Shown here: piece by piece, positions 25,009-32,583 of the stretch
Layout: each line of letters opens with the position of its first letter
Numbering within the stretch: the first letter of the stretch is position 1
From: a virus
Direction: 5' to 3' (one strand)
Virus record (IMG/VR): IMGVR_UViG_3300045988_130618
Span: 1-56,135 of that record
Length of the DNA stretch: 56,135 bases
Translations under genes and position numbers: made by a program
The notes under the pieces: generated by a model
What the model was told of the DNA's origin: nothing
The model's database searches: none
What the model saw: only the letters and a program-made list of their open reading frames with translations

Positions 25009-25590
25009 TTATTCACCCATCTTTTTCTTATACTTATTATGTAGCTCTTCCTGTATTTCGGCTATATAAACAGTATCAAAATCTACAAGTTTTAATTTAT
25101 TCATACATCTTTCCAGCTTTTTAAGTTCCTTACTTGTATCTTTAAGCATACACATAACATATTCAGCATCACATACCTTATCTTGCTTTAATAATATCAT
25201 ATAATAATGTTCTAATACTTCTTTTGTTTCTTCTTCCCATTCTTGCCATTCTAACATAGCTCTATTAACATAAGACTTCTTTGTGTTGGCACTTACATTA
25301 AGATTTTCTGCATTATACCAATCATTAGGAATGATATGAATAGCTTCTACATTCATATCAGGAATCAAATGATTATCATAATCAATAAAATGGAAATGCA
25401 TTTTTATATTTTCATCCGATTCTTTTTTATATCTGTATTCCTGCCAGCGTTTAAAGCCTTGTAATCCAAGGAAACTAAACATAACAGATAATTCTCTATG
25501 TAACATCATAGCAGTTATCTGTCTTCTGTTTATTTCAGCATAAATCTGACTAGGTGACATATTATCATTTATGGAATTACTTAATTTCAT
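25009..25590 (-). CDS. Hypothetical protein, possibly a ferritin-like four-helix bundle (weak)
   Basis: EINRRQITAMMLHRELSVMFSFLGLQGFKRWQEYRYKKESDENIKMH loosely follows ferritin/Dps helix A-B spacing. Start set at the ATG at 25590, because the track start is TTG. Confidence 0.3.
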   Translation of the reverse strand: MKLSNSINDNMSPSQIYAEINRRQITAMMLHRELSVMFSFLGLQGFKRWQEYRYKKESDENIKMHFHFIDYDNHLIPDMNVEAIHIIPNDWYNAENLNVSANTKKSYVNRAMLEWQEWEEETKEVLEHYYMILLKQDKVCDAEYVMCMLKDTSKELKKLERCMNKLKLVDFDTVYIAEIQEELHNKYKKKMGE

Positions 25591-25801
25591 TATTATCAAC
25601 TCCTAACTTTTTAAGAATTAAGTCAATTTTTTCATCCTGCTCTTTTAAGTGAGAATGAATATCATTTACTGCTATATCCAACATTTTTCCTGCTGTGTCC
25701 TGTGTAAAATTCAAATCAAGATTCTTAAGACCTATATAGAAAGAAATGATATTCAATATATCCATTATAGAAAACTGTTCATCCTCACTAAAATTTAACA
25801 T
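25577..25801 (-). CDS. Hypothetical protein
   Basis: 74-aa ORF overlapping its neighbours by a few nt. Confidence 0.5.
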   Translation of the reverse strand: MLNFSEDEQFSIMDILNIISFYIGLKNLDLNFTQDTAGKMLDIAVNDIHSHLKEQDEKIDLILKKLGVDNNEIK

Positions 25802-26205
25802 ATCTTAGTCACCACAACATCTACATCACCTGTCCAAGCTACTTCGGTATTAACAAACTGTAAGATTGTTGGAGAATCACAGCATTTACAAGAATTATTA
25901 TCTGTCACCTGTACAAGTGTAGATATAGGAACATTTACAGATGTTGCAACTGTTGCACCTGTTATAGTTCTTGTAGCTTGTGGCTGTGTTACTCCGTTTT
26001 TAGTCATACTAACTGTGATATTTCCTGCCGCAGTAGCAAGTGCAGTTGCATTAAATAATACTTCATATACACCACATTTATTAAGCTGAATTGTATTTGT
26101 TCCAGTGAGTTCAGCTGTGCATCCCTTTTTTAATGTAACACTATTAAAAGGGATAACTCCTGAAGTTGCAGGAATTGTTTGATTTTTTGAATATGCTTCT
26201 AACAT
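25795..26205 (-). CDS. BclA C-terminal-domain-like (C1q/TNF-like jelly roll) protein with no collagen-like region
   Basis: VIPFNSVTLKKGCTAELTGTNTIQLNKCGVYEVLFNATALATAAGNITVSMTKNGV parallels Bacillus BclA-CTD PVPFNTVGSQFGTAISQLDADTFVISETGFYKITVIANTATASVLGGLTIQVNGV. Confidence 0.55.
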   Translation of the reverse strand: MLEAYSKNQTIPATSGVIPFNSVTLKKGCTAELTGTNTIQLNKCGVYEVLFNATALATAAGNITVSMTKNGVTQPQATRTITGATVATSVNVPISTLVQVTDNNSCKCCDSPTILQFVNTEVAWTGDVDVVVTKIC

Positions 26206-26225
26206 TGTTTATTCTCCTTTCATTT

Positions 26226-26251
26226 AAAAAGGGTGCTATATTAGCACCCTT
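26226..26251 (-). terminator. Rho-independent terminator inside the accessory island
   Basis: aagggtgcta / tagcaccctt gives a 10-bp stem with a 3-nt loop and a T-run on the minus strand. Confidence 0.75.
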
Positions 26252-26292
26252 TGATTGACATACTAATATGCTCTATTTTTAATTATTCACTT

Positions 26293-26916
26293 TTATACGT
26301 TCGCACATGTACAGCCACATCCGTTAGTGAATATTGGACTATATCCTGCTGTGTATGTTGTTGCATTAGGATATCTAACTACACCACACATAGCTGATTG
26401 AAGCTGTAACTGATTAACCTGTGACTGAAGGCTCTCAATCTTATTCTGCTGAATAGCATCAAGAACTTTCTGTGTCTGAGCTGTTGTATTAGCATTAATA
26501 GCGGCAGTATTGATAGCACCATTGTAATTAACACCATCAATAGCTCTCTGTGTTGTGCAACAACAATCAGCAATCTGATTCTGAGTAGTACCAAAGTTAC
26601 GAAGAGTTTCATAACCTAAATTACAGATTCCGTTCTGTAATCCCTGATAGTTGTGCTGAGCATTATCATTCAGCCTGCCAACTGCATTCTCAAGATTGTT
26701 GAAGTTCATAGCATTACAAAGTCCTGCTTCTGTAACTGGCTCACCATTCATTATAGGACCTCTGTTACCTGCACCGAAGAAACCTCCTCCTCCAATAAGT
26801 AAAAGAATAAGTAAAGCGAAAATCCACATTCCGCCTCCACCTGCACCACCAAACATTCCACCATCATTTTTATCTGTAACGGCGGCAATGTCTGCTAAAG
26901 ATACTCCTGTGTCCAT
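26293..26916 (-). CDS. Membrane protein: YjcZ-like Gly-rich TM N-terminus, Cys-rich and coiled-coil C-terminal part
   Basis: GGMFGGAGGGGMWIFALLILLLIGGGGFFGAG resembles the tiny YjcZ-family sporulation TM proteins. It also has CCCTTQ, a QQNKIESLQSQVNQLQLQ coil, and ends GCGCTCANV. Confidence 0.4.
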   Translation of the reverse strand: MDTGVSLADIAAVTDKNDGGMFGGAGGGGMWIFALLILLLIGGGGFFGAGNRGPIMNGEPVTEAGLCNAMNFNNLENAVGRLNDNAQHNYQGLQNGICNLGYETLRNFGTTQNQIADCCCTTQRAIDGVNYNGAINTAAINANTTAQTQKVLDAIQQNKIESLQSQVNQLQLQSAMCGVVRYPNATTYTAGYSPIFTNGCGCTCANV

Positions 26917-26962
26917 AACTGTATCTCCTTTCTAAAAAATATTTATTATGAAAAGCATTAAG

Positions 26963-27226
26963 CTATTTCATCATACCTAAAATTTGATTAGGGTCAATTC
27001 CCATTTGTGAACATTTTTGATAGAATACATCTTTAGGATTCTGACCACTACACATATTGAAAACTTCTTGTAGTTGAGGATTATTTTTAGCCATATTCAT
27101 TAGAGCTTGTTCTGGATTATTAGCTATTTTTAGCATATTTTTCATTTGTGCTATTCTGTTTAATATTGGATTGTTTAACCCTTGCTGTGTCAAGGTCTGC
27201 TGATTGTTGAATAGACTGCTTGCCAT
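26963..27226 (-). CDS. Hypothetical helical protein
   Basis: Strong RBS AAAGGAGGAATTATTAAATG at 27226; 87 aa. Confidence 0.6.
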   Translation of the reverse strand: MASSLFNNQQTLTQQGLNNPILNRIAQMKNMLKIANNPEQALMNMAKNNPQLQEVFNMCSGQNPKDVFYQKCSQMGIDPNQILGMMK

Positions 27227-27605
27227 TTAATAATTCCTCCTTTAACTGATTGAACTCATCTCTTGTCACATAATCAATATTCTGTGAAGTTTGAGATTGT
27301 GTAGTTATTTCACTAAAAGAAAATGCCCTTATAGTAGGAAATCCTGCTCCGTCAGTAGTTTTGATATACATAACATCTTCATTATTATCAAAAAGTGCTA
27401 CTGTACTATTAGCAGGCATTTGATAAGCCTTTGCACCTTCTAATCCAGTGACTCTTGTTAATGTTGTAGGTTGCATATTATAATTGGAACCTACATTATT
27501 AGAATTATTTATTGTGTTTAGATAATTCATATACGGATTGTAATTCATCATTGGATTGTTCATTCCTTGATACATCTTTCTTGCCTTCCCTTCTAATAAA
27601 TTCAT
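27120..27605 (-). CDS. N/Y/M/Q-rich hypothetical protein; the start may be the ATG at 27575
   Basis: MNNPMMNYNPYMNYLNTINNSNN low-complexity head, then a folded-looking core VALFDNNEDVMYIKTTDGAGFPTIRAFSF. The 3' end overlaps the next ORF by 107 nt. Confidence 0.5.
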   Translation of the reverse strand: MNLLEGKARKMYQGMNNPMMNYNPYMNYLNTINNSNNVGSNYNMQPTTLTRVTGLEGAKAYQMPANSTVALFDNNEDVMYIKTTDGAGFPTIRAFSFSEITTQSQTSQNIDYVTRDEFNQLKEELLNGKQSIQQSADLDTARVKQSNIKQNSTNEKYAKNS

Positions 27606-27815
27606 TAAGATATAAGTGATATTGTACTAATGATATAGGGTCAAGTGTCATTGGATTTATCATCATATTTCTCCTCTATTTCTAATAAAACCATAAATAT
27701 TCTACATATGTGGAGTATAGATATACCTTGTAGTTTAGGACTATTTATAAGTTCATCTAAAATAACTCTAGCATTTTTCATATCTTATACTCCTTTCTTA
27801 TAGTTTAATTGTAAA

Positions 27816-27853
27816 TAAAAAAGAACACACTCACAATGTAGTGAATGTGTTCT
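27816..27853 (-). terminator. Rho-independent terminator after the region-4 HTH gene
   Basis: Minus-strand AGAACACATTCAC-tacatt-GTGAGTGTGTTCT (13 bp, one G-U pair), followed by TTTTTTATTT. Confidence 0.75.
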
Positions 27854-27873
27854 AAATGTGTTATGATATATTT

Positions 27874-28074
27874 TTATAAGACTTTAATTATTTTCTTATT
27901 TACTCTCTGGCTTAGCTTTCTAGCATAATCACTTGATATATTAAGTTCCTCTGCAATATGTTCTAAAGTTTCACCTTTAGCACGTTGTTCAAAGATAGGG
28001 ATTTCTAAATTAACAAAATTACATTGTTCTCTTAAATAATCAAGTTCTTTCTTGGTGAAATTAGATATCGTCAT
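27874..28074 (-). CDS. Sigma-70 region-4-like HTH protein; late transcription regulator candidate
   Basis: GETLEHIAEELNISSDYARKLSQRVNKKI resembles a region 4.2 HTH; 66 aa. Confidence 0.45.
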   Translation of the reverse strand: MTISNFTKKELDYLREQCNFVNLEIPIFEQRAKGETLEHIAEELNISSDYARKLSQRVNKKIIKVL

Positions 28075-28075
28075 A

Positions 28076-28165
28076 TTAACTTCTCCGCTTACGAGGTTTT
28101 TTATCCTTGCTTCCCTTAGGACGTCCTCTTCTTTTAATTGTTGTTACTTTAATTGTTGCCGCCAT
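28076..28165 (-). CDS. Possible 29-aa AT-hook-like micro-ORF (low confidence)
   Basis: MAATIKVTTIKRRGRPKGSKDKKPRKRRS contains the RGRP core. The RBS is weak. Its stop lies 1 nt before the next ATG. Confidence 0.25.
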   Translation of the reverse strand: MAATIKVTTIKRRGRPKGSKDKKPRKRRS

Positions 28166-28379
28166 TGTCTATACTTCCATTTCCACCAATATAATTAGCA
28201 TTACTGCCATCATCACTTGTTACTTCTGTAACTGTCTGTTCTGTTGGTAAACACCAAGCATATAGCCATATGGCATTGGAAGCAAATAACAAAATCAAAG
28301 TGATGATAAATAATATAAAATATCTTTTGCCAGTTCTTTTGACTTCATGTAGAAGTTCAAGTGCTAAGTTATCTTCCAT
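28149..28379 (-). CDS. Single-TM lysis-cassette protein
   Basis: KRYFILFIITLILLFASNAIWLYAW TM segment; 76 aa. Confidence 0.5.
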   Translation of the reverse strand: MEDNLALELLHEVKRTGKRYFILFIITLILLFASNAIWLYAWCLPTEQTVTEVTSDDGSNANYIGGNGSIDNGGNN

Positions 28380-28653
28380 TATGATTATCCTCCTCTAAAT
28401 CACTGATACGATGATTAGCAACATCCTGCCTTTCTTGCATAACAGAAATAGCTTTTTCTGCTTCATACATCCTTTCTACAACATTATTATGCTTTTTAAC
28501 ACTAGCATCTAAAGTGGATATGTCTTTTTTAATCAAGGCTATTTCTGTTCTAACTTCACTGATAGTTAAATCATGCTGTTTTCTTGATGTGTAAATGACA
28601 CCAATCAACGCAAGTCCTCCTGTTATGATTGAACATATAATAGATGAGAACAT
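28369..28653 (-). CDS. N-terminal TM + coiled-coil lysis-cassette protein
   Basis: MFSSIICSIITGGLALIGVIY TM segment, then a coiled coil. Start set at the ATG at 28653. Confidence 0.5.
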   Translation of the reverse strand: MFSSIICSIITGGLALIGVIYTSRKQHDLTISEVRTEIALIKKDISTLDASVKKHNNVVERMYEAEKAISVMQERQDVANHRISDLEEDNHNGR

Positions 28654-28657
28654 AGAC

Positions 28658-28921
28658 CTAACCTTTCTTAAAATTCTTAATAAAATTCTTATACAGTTCA
28701 TATAGACCTGTACTAGCTAATCCACTTGTTATTCCAATCGCTATAACATCTGGGGTAAATGTATGACTTATCCAAGCACTTAATACAATACCTAGTACTC
28801 CGACAACTAATGGAATATAGTCATTAATCTTATCTGTCTTGATGACAGATTTAAGAATAAAGCCTACACCTAAACATATAGCTAAGATAACAAGGTTAAT
28901 ATAGTTATTTAAAAATTCCAT
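28658..28921 (-). CDS. Holin
   Basis: 87 aa with 2-3 predicted TM helices and a charged C-terminus (KNFIKNFKKG). Lies close downstream of the endolysin gene, separated from it by one small ORF. Confidence 0.6.
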   Translation of the reverse strand: MEFLNNYINLVILAICLGVGFILKSVIKTDKINDYIPLVVGVLGIVLSAWISHTFTPDVIAIGITSGLASTGLYELYKNFIKNFKKG

Positions 28922-28933
28922 ATATCCTCCTTT

Positions 28934-29101
28934 CTAAATAACTTCCAGAATATTCAATTTATAAGTTCCTACATATTTTCCATCAAGATAGAGTTTAGCT
29001 GTTTCTTTATATACTTCGCCAACATCATATATATAATTAGTTTCAGGTAATCTGACTTGACTACCTGAAACTATCTGTTCATATGCGTTACCTGTTTTCA
29101 T
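28934..29101 (-). CDS. Small hypothetical protein (55 aa, not in the ORF track)
   Basis: ATG at 29101 directly follows the endolysin stop (TAAATG). Translation starts MKTGNAYEQIVSGSQVRLPETNYIYDVGEVYKE. Confidence 0.45.
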   Translation of the reverse strand: MKTGNAYEQIVSGSQVRLPETNYIYDVGEVYKETAKLYLDGKYVGTYKLNILEVI

Positions 29102-30007
29102 TTAAGCGGCTTCTACGTCACTAATATTAACAGCGGCATATACTTCTCCATATATACTTAAAACAACTCTATCTCCATCAATGCTATAAATCTGATAAGG
29201 TCTATCTGTATACTTTAATGGTGTACCATTATAATCACAAGTTCCTGTGAATCTTACATCCTGTCCTTCTTCTAATGTTGGAGCTGTGTCATCATTATCT
29301 TCATCACTTGTATTATCTGGATAATATTTGTCATTTAAAATATCCTGACAAGCTCTCCAATCATATCCTGCGGCTGTTACTCTTTCTCTCCTATCATCTC
29401 CAACACCCCATAATCCAAGATACATTTCATCAGCAATCTGTTCATTAGATTTTCCTGATTCATCAACATTTATCTTCGTATCTATTGTAGAGGTATCTTC
29501 TGGAGCTTCCGTAACATCAAAGGATTCAACATAATCATTGAACACTCTAAGTCCAAAATTATTTATAACAGACAGACAAGTATCATAGTATGTAGGACTT
29601 GTGGCATAAGCGTAACCTATATCATTAGTCAAACCATCTAATTCTCCTTCAACAGTATTCTGTGAAGTAGCATCATCATAGTTATCCCACTGCATAAGGT
29701 CATAGTAACCAACAACCGCTTCTGCAAGGCTATTGAATTTCTGAAAACTATCTACAATGTTGATATACTGTCCGTTTATATATTCAGTTGTGTTGGATAT
29801 AATACCTTCACCCTTTATACCAAACAATGTACTTGCATTAAGATTGTATCCAGATTCTACACAAGCCTGAGCAATAACAACTGCTGGACTTATAGTTTTA
29901 TCACCACTGTGTCTACGTCTTAGCCACTCATTACATATAATAGGAGCTAAAGTATTAACAAACGTATTAACGTGCTGATACTTGGTTTCTACTACTGGAA
30001 ATTCCAT
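29102..30007 (-). CDS. Endolysin: GH73 N-acetylglucosaminidase domain plus a C-terminal SH3-like binding domain
   Basis: VVIAQACVESGYNLNASTLFGIKG (catalytic Glu context of LytD/FlgJ-type glucosaminidases). The C-terminus GQDVRFTGTCDYNGTPLKY..YQIYSIDGDRVVL is SH3-like. Confidence 0.75.
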   Translation of the reverse strand: MEFPVVETKYQHVNTFVNTLAPIICNEWLRRRHSGDKTISPAVVIAQACVESGYNLNASTLFGIKGEGIISNTTEYINGQYINIVDSFQKFNSLAEAVVGYYDLMQWDNYDDATSQNTVEGELDGLTNDIGYAYATSPTYYDTCLSVINNFGLRVFNDYVESFDVTEAPEDTSTIDTKINVDESGKSNEQIADEMYLGLWGVGDDRRERVTAAGYDWRACQDILNDKYYPDNTSDEDNDDTAPTLEEGQDVRFTGTCDYNGTPLKYTDRPYQIYSIDGDRVVLSIYGEVYAAVNISDVEAA

Positions 30008-30038
30008 TCCTAATCCTCCTTTCTTTAATGATATTTAC

Positions 30039-30067
30039 ATTATAATACAGTTTACATTTTTTGTAAA
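30039..30067 (-). promoter_or_regulatory. SigmaA-type promoter P9 upstream of the lysis cassette (TTTACA-N17-TATAAT)
   Basis: Minus strand reads TTTACAaaaaatgtaaactgtatTATAAT. Confidence 0.6.
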
Positions 30068-30087
30068 CTATTTGTACACTTTTATTT

Positions 30088-31464
30088 TTAAGATTCTTCT
30101 GTTAATGTGTAGGTTATTTTCATACTCTGTTCAGATGTTTTTGTTACTGGTGTATCTAAGTTATTTTTTGTTGCTAGATAATATGGTAACAAGCAATAAT
30201 AAAGTCTACGTGCATATGAATTATTGTTATAATAAAAAGCCAAGTTATATAATTTATTTTGTGCAATTATCTTTGTAAACAGTGGATTCATACAATTTTG
30301 TTTTTGATATGCAATATCAGTCTTCGGGTCAAAAATAAAATCTGAACATACAAAATAATTATAGTATTTCCACATTTTATTAGCGACGTCCGCCCAGCCT
30401 GAATCTCCAGACGTAAATTTTGAAGTAAAACCTAGTGGTATTTGTGTAATGTCTTGAAAATTATTTAGATTAATTTTTATAAACTTATCCTTAGTTATAG
30501 ACATAATGTATAAATATTCTTCATCTGACATTTGAGCAAATCTTAGATGGTCATTTTGCAATTTCTCAGTCATAACCATATTACCTTCTGTATAGCTATA
30601 ATCATCTTTTTTAATTTTTATCCAATATAATGTATTACTTTCAGAGTTAATAGATGTTCCGGATATTTCAAATATATACCAATAACCATTTTTCCCATCT
30701 ATTAAATTATGATATGCAGTACTTATAGATGCAAAAGTTGTATTAGATAACTTATGTAGCTCTGTATATTGAAAATTATTAATGTCATTTGTTAATGTAA
30801 CTTTAGTGCCTATTATATTTATATTTACAATATAAATAATATTATCTTTAATAATTAAACCAATTACTTTTGATTCCGGTATATTAAATTCAACTATGCT
30901 AGTTATTAAATCACTTGGGTCTGTTATATTTAAGGGATTATTAGATTGTATGGTTAAATCAACAGAACCTACGCTTTGAACTATATTTCTAGAATTACCA
31001 AATGTATCACCAATATAGTTAATTCCAGTTAATTTGTGACTTAGTGCAACAGCACTTATTTCACCATTTCCTTGACTTGTGCTAAAGTCCCATACAAACT
31101 TATATCCATTTTCAATAGGACCAGATTCTGTTTGATTCATAGAACCTCGTTTTGTGTTTTGAGTGGTATTAACATCATTAGAAGCATATCCTATACAAGT
31201 GTTATCTATAGGAGCTATAATATTATCTTTATCATTATCTAACTGTTTTTCAAATAATAAAATACTACCTATTGCATTAGGACATAATGGAAGTATATTT
31301 CCATCTGACATATTAGACATATTAAATATATAAGGATTAAGTGTAGCAAATCTACAATCAAATAAATCTTGGATAGCATCAGTAACCATATTATTCTTTT
31401 CAACAACCTGTATTTCTCCAGTTTTCTCATTCTTCAATTCAATTTTAGTATGTCCTTTTAACAT
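30088..31464 (-). CDS. Tail fiber / receptor-binding protein candidate
   Basis: 458-aa ORF, last in the tail module and immediately before the lysis cassette. Confidence 0.45.
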   Translation of the reverse strand: MLKGHTKIELKNEKTGEIQVVEKNNMVTDAIQDLFDCRFATLNPYIFNMSNMSDGNILPLCPNAIGSILLFEKQLDNDKDNIIAPIDNTCIGYASNDVNTTQNTKRGSMNQTESGPIENGYKFVWDFSTSQGNGEISAVALSHKLTGINYIGDTFGNSRNIVQSVGSVDLTIQSNNPLNITDPSDLITSIVEFNIPESKVIGLIIKDNIIYIVNINIIGTKVTLTNDINNFQYTELHKLSNTTFASISTAYHNLIDGKNGYWYIFEISGTSINSESNTLYWIKIKKDDYSYTEGNMVMTEKLQNDHLRFAQMSDEEYLYIMSITKDKFIKINLNNFQDITQIPLGFTSKFTSGDSGWADVANKMWKYYNYFVCSDFIFDPKTDIAYQKQNCMNPLFTKIIAQNKLYNLAFYYNNNSYARRLYYCLLPYYLATKNNLDTPVTKTSEQSMKITYTLTEES

Positions 31465-31476
31465 ATATAACCTCCT

Positions 31477-32583
31477 TTAATTAGTAAAGTTTATAATCAT
31501 ATTAGTAACTGTATCTTTTTTATTTGATAATGTAAATCGTATTTTAAATGATGTTAATCCTTGAAGTATTTGTGTCCAGTTTTCTGTAGTTATTGCTAAT
31601 AATGTTTCCATTGTCATTCCAGTTTCATTTTCACTTAATACAACCCAACTCACACCATTATATAATTTCCATGTTACACCATTATCAAAGCTACAAGCCA
31701 CATGAGGGTCACCAGTATATTCAGCTGTTATTTTTTCTATACCTGTTATAGTTTTATCAGATATATCTATATCGTCAGTTATAATAGTTTGTTGTGGAGG
31801 GGTAGCTAAAACATTTGCTTTTAATGCTGGTAAAACATCTTCACTATCCTGCCAATAATATATCTTAGGCTTAGTTAATGTCTTTAATATATTATATGTA
31901 GGTGGTTCATCAAATCCATAAGTTTTAAGATTTTCTGATGTTACTTCTGTTATAGTCAATTCATTTAAAGCATTATCAACAATATTATAATACTTATTTG
32001 TAGTTGTATCATAGACAAGATATTTTCTGTCATAAGGTGGTAGAATATTAGGTATATCATAACTAATTATATATGTATCGTTAGGTTGTCTGATAAATGA
32101 TACATTAGGTGTATCTATTGTAGGAGCTGTATATGTGTAAGTTTGATTATTAGTGACTAACTGAAATGTTCCATCATAATTAGAACTAGGAATATCTACC
32201 ATATGAAGAAAAATATCCCCAGTACTAAATAAAATCACATCATAGGTTAATTTATATGATTCGGATGTATTATTATATTGACTATACCCACTCCACCTAA
32301 ATTTTAAAAAATTATAATAATTATATAAAGTTCCTTCTTCTCTGTATAAATACCACATCTTAGTATCTCTTCTATTTACTTTAAGATGTTCTGAATTAGA
32401 ACCAAATCCAAACCAAGTATTGCCCGATATATAAATAGAAGATGTAATAATAGAATTAAAATTAAACCAATCAACACCTTGTGCTGTATAGGCATTATCA
32501 TCATAACTTACATTATCTATCAAAGTTTCTGAATTAGTTATACCTGAAGAAATTATATCATCTATGCTATTATAATTAGACAT
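31477..32583 (-). CDS. Tail/baseplate structural protein
   Basis: 368-aa ORF downstream of the Tal-like protein. Confidence 0.45.
   Translation of the reverse strand: MSNYNSIDDIISSGITNSETLIDNVSYDDNAYTAQGVDWFNFNSIITSSIYISGNTWFGFGSNSEHLKVNRRDTKMWYLYREEGTLYNYYNFLKFRWSGYSQYNNTSESYKLTYDVILFSTGDIFLHMVDIPSSNYDGTFQLVTNNQTYTYTAPTIDTPNVSFIRQPNDTYIISYDIPNILPPYDRKYLVYDTTTNKYYNIVDNALNELTITEVTSENLKTYGFDEPPTYNILKTLTKPKIYYWQDSEDVLPALKANVLATPPQQTIITDDIDISDKTITGIEKITAEYTGDPHVACSFDNGVTWKLYNGVSWVVLSENETGMTMETLLAITTENWTQILQGLTSFKIRFTLSNKKDTVTNMIINFTN

Noticed and set aside
26255-26283. A plus-strand TTGACA-N17-TTTAAT promoter-like match that could drive an antisense RNA against ORF 26293..26916
   Set aside because: It is a single occurrence with an imperfect -10, in a genome where AT-rich hexamers arise by chance. 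The TTGACA also lies next to the terminator stem. There is no supporting structure or ORF on the plus strand.
27606-27873. Additional small ORFs (about 27641..27781, 46 aa, and 27505..27666, 53 aa) in the spacer upstream of the N/Y-rich ORF
   Set aside because: They overlap each other and the 5' end of ORF 27120..27605 in different frames. Only one reading can be real and I cannot decide from sequence alone, so I left them unannotated.
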